16,162 nt of DNA from Promethearchaeota archaeon (lineage in GTDB: Archaea; Asgardarchaeota; Thorarchaeia; Thorarchaeales; Thorarchaeaceae), in NCBI GenBank assembly GCA_027031765.1, contig JALVPN010000066.1:1-16162 (forward strand), in the 5' to 3' direction. Positions 1-8,000 of the stretch are shown in pieces. Each line of letters starts with the position of its first letter. Within the stretch, counting starts at the first letter, position 1. Both the position numbers and the translations under genes were made by a program. The notes under the pieces were generated by a model. It had not been told where the DNA came from. It did no database searches and worked only from the letters and a program-made list of their open reading frames with translations.

Positions 1-533
1 ACGGCAACGGCGCCCACGGCACTACCTGCAAGGACGAACGTCTCGTCACCGAGAGGCAGACGGGCGACCCATGTCGACACCGCTGACACGAGAGTGCCAG
101 CAGCCACAAATGCGAGTTCAATGACCCATGGCGGTACACGCACGACAGGAGCTACCGCACGTGTCCTGAGCACAGCATATAGCAACGAGAGCAGACCGCT
201 TGCTGCAAATGCGACGAGGTTCACGAACACGCCAGCCGTTTGTACGTGGGCTACGGTGCCCCCGGCTTGCAGCAGGTTCAGTGCTGCAGAACCACCGAAT
301 ACGACCGCTCCGTACCCCGCAGTGCCCGTGAGAACAGCGTTCGCCGGCGAGTCGTCAATGCGTTCAAAGACCTTGAGGGACACGGTGAGGGTGACACACA
401 GGAATGCAAGGGCTGAGTATATCGCAGCTGCACCCCTTGCAGAGTCCCACCTCGGGCCACTGGCATAGAAGAGGTAGACCAACAGTGACATTACGACCAT
501 GCCGATGACGCTACGCCTATACTCGGTGCCCAT
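1..533 (-). CDS. Multi-pass membrane protein, N-terminal part only (runs off the left edge; not in the supplied ORF track)
   Basis: My translation from ATG at 533 is open to the edge: MGTEYRRSVIGMVVMSLLVYLFYASGPRWDSARGAAAIYSALAFLCVTLTVSLKVFERIDDSPANAVLTGTAGYGAVVFGGSAALNLL... It has about 5-6 hydrophobic segments in 177 codons. SD-like GGAGTG at 548-543. Function cannot be assigned from this fragment. Confidence 0.8.
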   Translation of the reverse strand, partial: MGTEYRRSVIGMVVMSLLVYLFYASGPRWDSARGAAAIYSALAFLCVTLTVSLKVFERIDDSPANAVLTGTAGYGAVVFGGSAALNLLQAGGTVAHVQTAGVFVNLVAFAASGLLSLLYAVLRTRAVAPVVRVPPWVIELAFVAAGTLVSAVSTWVARLPLGDETFVLAGSAVGAVA

Positions 534-851
534 GAGATAGCCCACTCCCTACCTCTGTGTGGTGCTGGCCAAAAGTATTGTGGAACAGCCGTCTCCGTAT
601 CTCACTGGCGTCCACTGCGTGGTGATAGTCCCCTTGGGAGTAGCGAGCAAGTTAATAGGGGTCTGACATGGAACCCGGGACCCAGTGATGATGGCACAAG
701 GCCTGCTGCAGCTGTCCGGGCAATGTGTGGATGTCCCGTGACAATGAGACCATCAGTGACGGCCACACTGGCACTGCGTGCGTTAGACAGTGGCCCTGAC
801 AGCGTTGCGGGCGCGCCGAGCAGGAGAGTGTGACTTACGGAAAGGAAACAG

Positions 852-1508
852 GTGTGGAAGCTCGCCATTGTCGCTGCGGTCATGCTGGTGGTCTGCTCCA
901 CGTCGCTACTTGTGTACACGACCTACATGCGTGAACAGTACGTGACATATCGGGAGAGCGGTTCAAGTCCGGACATTTCTGTCAGCACATCCTTGGACGG
1001 TGGACACTCCTACCTTGTGTACGTGACCCTGACCCGTAGTGCGAAGGGGTCAGCATCAGTGCACGGCACGGTGGAAGTGATTGTGAACGGCACGACCGTA
1101 CACACTATGACCCTTAGTGCTACCCGCAGCTCCGGCAAGCCCGCAAAGTCGGTCACAGCAGTGGCCTCAGAGGGGTACGAGCTGGTACTGACGCACACCT
1201 CTGAGCTTGTGGTACGTGGGAACATGACTGTGGGTGATAGCTGGGAGGTGAAGGTGTACGCGGACATCCCGCAGTGGCTGGCCTCCCTGACAACGCAGGC
1301 CATACTGTTCTTTGGTGCCACCGTCGTGTTGCTCATGGGTCTCGGCCTGCCCTACGTAGTGAAGTACCACACCAGGCGAGGTGGACAGCGCACGTTGGTG
1401 TCAACCACTACAGAGGGGCAGCTGATGGGTGACCGGCCAGCCGTAGACGACAAAGGGGCCCTGGCAGACAGCGACAGCAGCTGGGACGAGTGGGACACAG
1501 ATAGGTGA
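852..1508 (+). CDS. Two-TM surface protein with a beta-rich extracellular domain and acidic C-terminal tail; paralog of 9508-10095
   Basis: GTG start, with an in-frame TGA at 831-833. N-terminal TM (WKLAIVAAVMLVVCSTSLLVY), Ser/Thr/Val-rich beta-like middle with sequons NGT and NMT, second TM (AILFFGATVVLLMGLGLPYVV), tail ending DSDSSWDEWDTDR. Shares NGTTV and GxMxxGDSWEVxVYxDxP with 9508-10095. Confidence 0.85.
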   Translation: MWKLAIVAAVMLVVCSTSLLVYTTYMREQYVTYRESGSSPDISVSTSLDGGHSYLVYVTLTRSAKGSASVHGTVEVIVNGTTVHTMTLSATRSSGKPAKSVTAVASEGYELVLTHTSELVVRGNMTVGDSWEVKVYADIPQWLASLTTQAILFFGATVVLLMGLGLPYVVKYHTRRGGQRTLVSTTTEGQLMGDRPAVDDKGALADSDSSWDEWDTDR

Positions 1509-1554
1509 CCGGTCGTACTTCCCAGTCCGGGCACTGACGGAGGACATACTACAG

Positions 1555-2583
1555 TCACTGCTGGTGCCAGCACTCTGGGTCTGGGCCTAGGAAGTCACCA
1601 CCGTAGTAGTACGCGTTGCCCCTGCAGCCCCAGCATATGCTGTTGTACTTGCAGTTGCGGCAGGCAGCCGACAGGTGTGAGGGGTCACGGAGTGGTACCT
1701 TGAGGAGGAGCTCTTTCGCGGACTCAAAGGGGCCGGCGAAGTCGGAACCATTGAGCCGTGCCACAGGGTGGCGGATCCTTGCACAGGGCGTCAGCTCGCC
1801 CCCAATGGTCACCGCGCAGGTCGTCCCGCAGTAGAACTTGCTGACGCAGTTAGGGATGACCGGCATCTCCCCGTTGAACACAGTGTCACTTATGGTCTGG
1901 TATGCCTGTCGTATCTGTCCTCTGGTGGGGACGTATCTGTCTGCATCGGGGACACCTGGGGCCGGTTTGAAAGGGACAATGCCAGATGCAATGCCGTACT
2001 CGTGGAAGAGTCTCTCCACGGTTCGTTCGAGGTCACCGTCGGCCTGTAAGCGGGTGAAGGTCATACAGTTGTTCAGCCTTGCCGGGTCCACGCCCATGTC
2101 GAGCAGTGTGCGTACGTTGGAGAGCACCCTGTCAATGTAACTGCTGGCGCCTGCCAGCTGACGGTAGAGCTCGGGGTCGAGAGTGTCCAAGTGGAACGAT
2201 ACGAAGCCCTGCGTGTGTTCCTCGAGCAGGAAGTCCACCACCGTGTCGGACAGCAGCATGTCGCCCGAGCTCCAGATGTTGTTCGTCAGGCCCAGGGCTG
2301 TGCTGGCGGCTAGCAGCTCTTCGAAGGACGGGTGCCTCACTGGGTCGCCGCCCAGCCACTCAATTACCCTCACGCCCACGTCAGCAGCCTGTTCCAGCAC
2401 GGACAGTACGAGCTCGCCGTCCATGTGGGTCACAGGCTGTCCGGGAGTGCGCACGTAGCAGAACTTGCAGCCCTGACCACATGCGGTCGTTATCTCCAGC
2501 TGGAGCGAGTAGAGCTGCTGTTTTTCGAAGTACTCGACCATGGTACTGTTGAAGAAGTAACCATCGATATCGGTCACACTCAT
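1555..2583 (-). CDS. Radical SAM protein with C-terminal SPASM domain (PqqE/NirJ/AhbC-D-like architecture), substrate unknown
   Basis: CxxxCxxC motif CGQGCKFC, WLGGDP strand motif, auxiliary-cluster motifs C..CGTTCAVTIGGELTPC and CRNC-x5-CWGCRGNAY...GD...DPEC. Start moved to ATG 2583 (MSVTDID, 342 aa) because GGTGA lies at 2598-2594; the ORF-track start at 2682 is probably too long. Confidence 0.92.
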   Translation of the reverse strand: MSVTDIDGYFFNSTMVEYFEKQQLYSLQLEITTACGQGCKFCYVRTPGQPVTHMDGELVLSVLEQAADVGVRVIEWLGGDPVRHPSFEELLAASTALGLTNNIWSSGDMLLSDTVVDFLLEEHTQGFVSFHLDTLDPELYRQLAGASSYIDRVLSNVRTLLDMGVDPARLNNCMTFTRLQADGDLERTVERLFHEYGIASGIVPFKPAPGVPDADRYVPTRGQIRQAYQTISDTVFNGEMPVIPNCVSKFYCGTTCAVTIGGELTPCARIRHPVARLNGSDFAGPFESAKELLLKVPLRDPSHLSAACRNCKYNSICWGCRGNAYYYGGDFLGPDPECWHQQ

Positions 2584-2712
2584 CTGGGGCCCCTCACCAG
2601 ACTGCGGGACGGCGGTGTTGCAGCCGTTCAGTTGCCATGCAGTCGTTGTCCTCGACTCACTTATCTCTCGCGCTCGGGGCACGCTACCGGCCCTGTCGAA
2701 TGGACGTGGTCC

Positions 2713-3771
2713 TCATCCGGAGAAGTACCTTGTGAGGAACATGTCAACCCAGTCGTAGAAGGAGCCGAGCATCTCCCTCACAAGGCCTACGCCGAGACGC
2801 CGACGCAGGATCGTGTCGACCACTGCCTTTCTGAGGAATGGGTAGTAGTGTGGCAGTGGGAACACGTTCAGTGGAAACTTCTGGTGCCTGGTGAGGAAGA
2901 TGTTGACCCGCTCGACCCAGCGCGCGTTCACGACATCCTCGGTGTACGCGGTGGGGTCCTGCACTACGAGTGACTCGAGCTCGGCAAGCATGGGTGAGAA
3001 TATCTCGCGCTGCACTTCGTCGAAGGAGAAGCCCTGTGGGCGCATCTCTGGTGAAGTGGCGAGCCGCCTGTAGAGGTCGGCCAGGTCGTCGGAGCCGGGC
3101 ACCGTGTAGACCTCGCGCCGGAGCCGGACCAGCCGGGAGAACTCTGTGGACAGCCCCCTGTCCTTCTCGAGGACAGAGAACACATGGACGAAGTGAGTAC
3201 TGTCCCATGTGTCGTCACCGAACAGATCCTTGAACATTGTCACTGTCGTGCGGTAGGCACCCGGTATGCGCAGCTCGTGGGGACTCGTGATGCTCCAGAT
3301 GTTCATGAAGACAAATGGTGGCATGCCGAGGTCACGTGGTGCATCGGGCCGGTAGCTTGGGAAACAGTAGTTCCCATCGACCACTATCAGGTCCGGCTGG
3401 AATCCCTCGACGCCACGCTCGACGGCATACGAGACCGCAGCCTCCCGGAGGAGCTCGAACACCTGTTCAGGACCGAGGGGGCTGAACTCCCGTGGCCTGA
3501 CGAGGTGCAGTTGGTCGGTCACGGGCAGGTAGTATGCTGTCCCCACAGAGGGTAGTGAGAAGGCGGTCTCAAAACGCCGTTCAGCACCGTCACGCAGGTC
3601 GCGCAAGGCCTGGAAGAGGTCCTGGTTCGTGTGGTTGATGTCCACAGCCAAGACTCTGAGAGGTGGGGATCTTGACAGCGCCCACATGACCAGCGCAATG
3701 GCCAGTGGTGTCTTCCCACTGCCACCCTTGTTGCTCGTCACAATGACCGTCTGTGGTGTCTTGATCTGCAT
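2713..3771 (-). CDS. Divergent ParA/MinD-superfamily (SIMIBI) P-loop ATPase
   Basis: Deviant Walker A TSNKGGSGKT near the N-terminus, Walker A'-like RVLAVDINHTNQDL, Walker B-like PDLIVVDG, and a C-terminal LPHYYPFLRKAV segment resembling the ParA IP...v..A region. ATG directly abuts the upstream TGA. Confidence 0.85.
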   Translation of the reverse strand: MQIKTPQTVIVTSNKGGSGKTPLAIALVMWALSRSPPLRVLAVDINHTNQDLFQALRDLRDGAERRFETAFSLPSVGTAYYLPVTDQLHLVRPREFSPLGPEQVFELLREAAVSYAVERGVEGFQPDLIVVDGNYCFPSYRPDAPRDLGMPPFVFMNIWSITSPHELRIPGAYRTTVTMFKDLFGDDTWDSTHFVHVFSVLEKDRGLSTEFSRLVRLRREVYTVPGSDDLADLYRRLATSPEMRPQGFSFDEVQREIFSPMLAELESLVVQDPTAYTEDVVNARWVERVNIFLTRHQKFPLNVFPLPHYYPFLRKAVVDTILRRRLGVGLVREMLGSFYDWVDMFLTRYFSG

Positions 3772-4731
3772 TCATATCACCGTCCAATCAAAACTGCCAC
3801 TCAGCACACCGATCACAAATGAGAGGACCGTACCCCAGCCGACATATAGGATGAAGTCCGTAAAGAACTGCAATATGACCACCCCTACGAAGGTGAGGAC
3901 GAGTTTCCGGATGATGGGACTTGGTGTGGCAAGTTCGTTCAGGTCACCGCGTGCGGCCTCTAAGAGGCGGAGGTTCTGACGCATGTCCCTTGTCGCGTCC
4001 TCCAGCTTTGCCTTGATGTACCCGGCCTCATCCGACAGCAGGCCCTCCTCAAGGACAATGCTACTGTTCTTCCAACGCCTGAGGAACTCGTCGATTGCAG
4101 CAAGGATGTCAAGCCGGTTGTGCTCTACCATGTCCTCGTACCGGCGCACCTCGTACACGACCACCTTTATGATGCTTGCAAGGATGATCAGTGTGCTCAG
4201 GTTCAGTACGTTGCTCAGGAAGAACGGCACCTTGAGGAGTGGGCTGCCCGGGAAGAACTCCTGGACTATCGTCAGTCCTCGCAGTCCCGTGGCCTTGTAC
4301 AGTGCAATGAACAGTGTCAACTTGAGTGTCAGGTACAGGCGGGACAGGGCCTGTCTGAGATAGCTCCGTGTTGCCTTGTCGTCCCCGACCTTGAAGGGCC
4401 TGTGCACGAACACAGAGTAGATGGTACCACCGATGTTCAACATGAACAGGAATGACACCAGCAGGAGGGCCAGCCCAAGGGCCAGTCGCACCCACCCCTC
4501 GACACTCATCACGCCCTCGTCAATCTGTTCCACAATCTCCTGTACCGTGATGAAGTCGCGCTGCCACACAGCTGCGAAGAGCCTGTCCATGAGCGCCTGG
4601 TCTGTAAGGAGGTAGCCCGCAAAGAAGAACCCGTACACAACGATTACCGTGAACGACGCAGCACTCACTGAGAGGAAAAAGGTGTCTAACCACCGTTCAT
4701 TGACGTGCGTGCCGCGGCCGTTCACTGACAT
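3772..4731 (-). CDS. Membrane protein of unknown function, about 5-6 TM helices with an internal coiled-coil-like helical segment
   Basis: 319-aa ORF with hydrophobic segments at about aa 17-42, 80-110, 132-147, 170-193 and 277-313. A charged heptad-like stretch (YIKAKLEDATRDMRQNLRLLEAARGDLNEL) lies before the last hairpin. The TGAATG stop/start junction with the ATPase suggests translational coupling. Confidence 0.82.
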   Translation of the reverse strand: MSVNGRGTHVNERWLDTFFLSVSAASFTVIVVYGFFFAGYLLTDQALMDRLFAAVWQRDFITVQEIVEQIDEGVMSVEGWVRLALGLALLLVSFLFMLNIGGTIYSVFVHRPFKVGDDKATRSYLRQALSRLYLTLKLTLFIALYKATGLRGLTIVQEFFPGSPLLKVPFFLSNVLNLSTLIILASIIKVVVYEVRRYEDMVEHNRLDILAAIDEFLRRWKNSSIVLEEGLLSDEAGYIKAKLEDATRDMRQNLRLLEAARGDLNELATPSPIIRKLVLTFVGVVILQFFTDFILYVGWGTVLSFVIGVLSGSFDWTVI

Positions 4732-5020
4732 CTACGCGCCCCCATAACGGGCCACTACTATTGCCGCAGTGACCACTAATAGTATTTCCTATCATGTCGT
4801 ACTCATAACCACCCTGCATGAACACGAGGTGACACCAACACTCGCGCCACCGCCCAGACTACTGGCTGACACAGACTGGGAGAGGTATCGTACCTCCCCG
4901 AAACAGGACACGGCACACACCGGGCAATCGTAGCTCACGGGATGGGATACTTGAAATGCCCAGCCAACCTGACTGGCTGCTGGTTGGTCCAGTCCGTACG
5001 CCACAAGCGTCCCGATGGCG

Positions 5021-8000
5021 TTAGGTCGGCCTACGACCGGACTGCGTGGACTCTGGATTTGATAGGCGGAGCACCATTGAGACCCAAGTGCAAGGCTTGG
5101 TTGTCGCTGTTGTGGAACCCGAGCCGCTACTATTCCCACCACCAGTCCGGTCTGCAAAGCAGTCACGGTAGCACGGCCCCGACACGGATGCAACAAGCAC
5201 TTCCAGTACAAACTGTGTGTTGTCTGCCGACCCCTCCATTCCCTCCATTTCTATGAGCCGTCCACCTGGTTTCCCAAGCTGTTTGAGTAGCAGGTCATAG
5301 GACGCCGCGAAACACAGCAAGTTGTTCGTCCCAAACCTCGCTTGCAACCCCATGTTGTCCATAGTCCTGTAGGCTGCAGCAGGACACAGCCGGGTGTCCA
5401 TGTTAGTATCCAGACGCTTGGACACTCTGCTTCCCTGAGGTGTGTACTGGGCGATTGGGGCAATCTTGATGTAGACTCCGCCGTTACTCTCGGTCACTTT
5501 CAAGCCCAGCTCAGAACCAAAGCGACTGGCAATCTTCACAAACCTGCTCGCAATGTGCGACCAGACGGACTTACCACCTTCGTCCGTTACAATGTAGGCA
5601 GTCTTGATCCACGGAAGACCAGCCTCACTCTCAGTGCCCTCACCATCCCCAGTGTCCTCAGTGCCCTCACCATCCCCAGTGTCCTCAGTGCCCTCACCAT
5701 CCCCAGTGTCCTCAGTGCCCTCACCATCCCCAGTGTCCTCAGTGCCCTCACCATCCCCAGTGTCCTTAGTATCCACATAGTCCCATACCGCTTGGACAAT
5801 CGCACGGGGTTCCCACTGGTTGCATGGGACAATGGTGAAGGTGAGAAGGTTCTTTGTTGGAGTGCCACTCGGTCGGTCCGAAATGTCCATCCCAACGGTG
5901 CCTGCAAGGGTTTCCAAAAGCCGGATGAAAGACCCTGGTGCGTCGTTCATGCACACCGCAAGATGAGCAACAGACCACTTACGTGGGTACTCGCTGGTCG
6001 GAGGATGTGAACCAGACTCGCTCCCAGTCATTTCGTCACCTTGACGGTCATAGATGAGGTGACGCAGCATCAACACCAAGGGTATGATATTGGGACTTGA
6101 GCAGCCATACGTCACACGGCCCCTCACAAGACCCCGTGTGACAAGGAGGTAGTCAGGATGTAGGATCCAATGGAACCCCATTGCGTTCTCGTCTGGGTTC
6201 TTTGCAATCTGCCTCCCTGCATGACAGTGAATCCTACAATGAGGTAGCCGGACATCGTGTTCATCCTGGCGTGGCGTGACTGGTTCATCGTGTCGGGATG
6301 GGTGTTCACCATATCGGGCTATTGCTGACAACATGGATGCCACCAGTTGGGGGCGGGGCACTATTGTCGGGATTAGGTGGATGTGGCCGCAACTCCTCAT
6401 TGTCCGGGCCAGTGTTTCGATGCAGGTGCGTGCTTGGTTTGCATCCTCTGTTTCAATCACCAATCTAATCGTATGTTCCACATGTGGGAAGTCGTGGTCG
6501 GCCGAGCCGCCGCTGCTGGGCCCTCCGCCAGTCTGCTGGCTGGTGCGAAACTGCAGCACCCTCATGAGCCACTTTGTGACCATGAATGGGTCCACTTCAC
6601 TCCCATCAATCGAAACGACTTGCATGTTGTGGACAACGTTGTGGAGTACACCTTGATGTGGCTGCCCAATGAAGACGTCCAACCATTTGACCAACGGGGC
6701 CTCGTCCTCCGAAGTCCCCAAGGAGTCACGGAAGTGCAGGGGCACAAGTCCGGTTACCAAGGCATCATGCCGCGGCCGATAGACAAATGCCTCCCATCTA
6801 TCTGGACGCACCATGTATGCAGAAATGGACGCCAGTTCCTTCTCGGCCTCCTTTTTGAAGGCGGATTTGTTTCCCCCGTTCATGGTGCTGACCAGCCCCC
6901 ACACCATGGTCTCGAGCGCATAGAACAGCCTGCGTGACGGCTCCCCCACAGATACTATGTCCGCATCGAGTAGTGCGGGGTAGTCTGCCCCACTCTCTCC
7001 GTGACGCGCAGGGGCCTCTGTTGCACCACTCCCAGTTATCCGACGCGCATTGGGTAGGGCCCACCCGATGAGGGCAAAAGCACCGGTGAATGAGGCAAGC
7101 CACCTGTTTGGGAAGACCGGTACCGTATCAAGTCTGGGGCTGCCAGCCGCCGTGATAGTATTCTCCCGCATCACGAGTTGTACAGTATTCGAAGAGTCAA
7201 CCACCGTGACCAGGACAGGCCAGGTGCGGTTGAAGTCAATCGGCCTGTCACGCAGACTGCGGGCGTGCTGCAACATTGAGAGCATTGCTGTGCGGTTGAA
7301 CGGTGTGTAGACGACAATCTTGGCATACCTCATGAACCTGCGCGCAATGGGGTTGCGGGAAACATCCTCAACTATTGCTGGCACGAGCAACACCATGTGT
7401 CTGGGCGAGTCGAGTGCGATCTCAAGGACCCCGTAGGTCCCGAGGTGTGGATGAGTCCCCATTGTCCGAATCGTCTGTGCCGAGTCTATTACCGCCATCC
7501 CTTTGACAATGTATATCCAGGTATCGGGACGAGTGGGGGAGCGCGGAAGGGCTTGGAGTGAAATGCCGGTCTTGCGACTCACGAGCACAGGGTACCCTTT
7601 GTCTATGCCTTCCAGCAGATCTTCTTGGAACAGTGTCCTCGACACTACATCTATGACGAAGAACTCAGCCACTTTTCCACTCCCGACCAGCAGGTAGGCA
7701 TACGTGCCTGATGACAGCGCCCGTGTCACCACATTGCCTATGAAGTCACTCTCTTCCGAGTACCTCGTGAAACTTGACAGGACCATGGCATAGAAGGGCA
7801 CAGCCATGCCGAGGTCTATCGCCATCAACAGGCTCGGATTTGTCAGGGAGCTCGGGCCCGGTGTGATGGGGAAGAACACCATCTGGGCAATGTAGACATA
7901 CTTTGTGAACATGGCCATGAGGAGTACAATCAACTGGGTCCTAAAGTTGAGCCTGAGGATGTGGGAACCATATACGGACTCGGGCCCCCTCAACATGAAG

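Noticed and set aside
1-533. Left-edge membrane protein as a sensor histidine kinase input domain
   Set aside because: Multi-TM N-termini are compatible with that, but no HisKA or HATPase motif lies within the window.
2713-3771. ParA as evidence of a plasmid or prophage partition system
   Set aside because: No parB, centromere-like repeats, replication initiator or integrase nearby, and the protein is coupled to a membrane gene instead.
4792-5256. ORFs 4792-5211(-) and 4942-5256(+) as extra genes in the gap
   Set aside because: They overlap the 3' end of the 1364-aa gene, have no credible RBS or domain features, and have atypical composition.
5630-5764. 27-bp repeats as a CRISPR array
   Set aside because: The units are head-to-tail with no spacers, are a multiple of 3, lie in frame in a CDS, and no cas genes are present.
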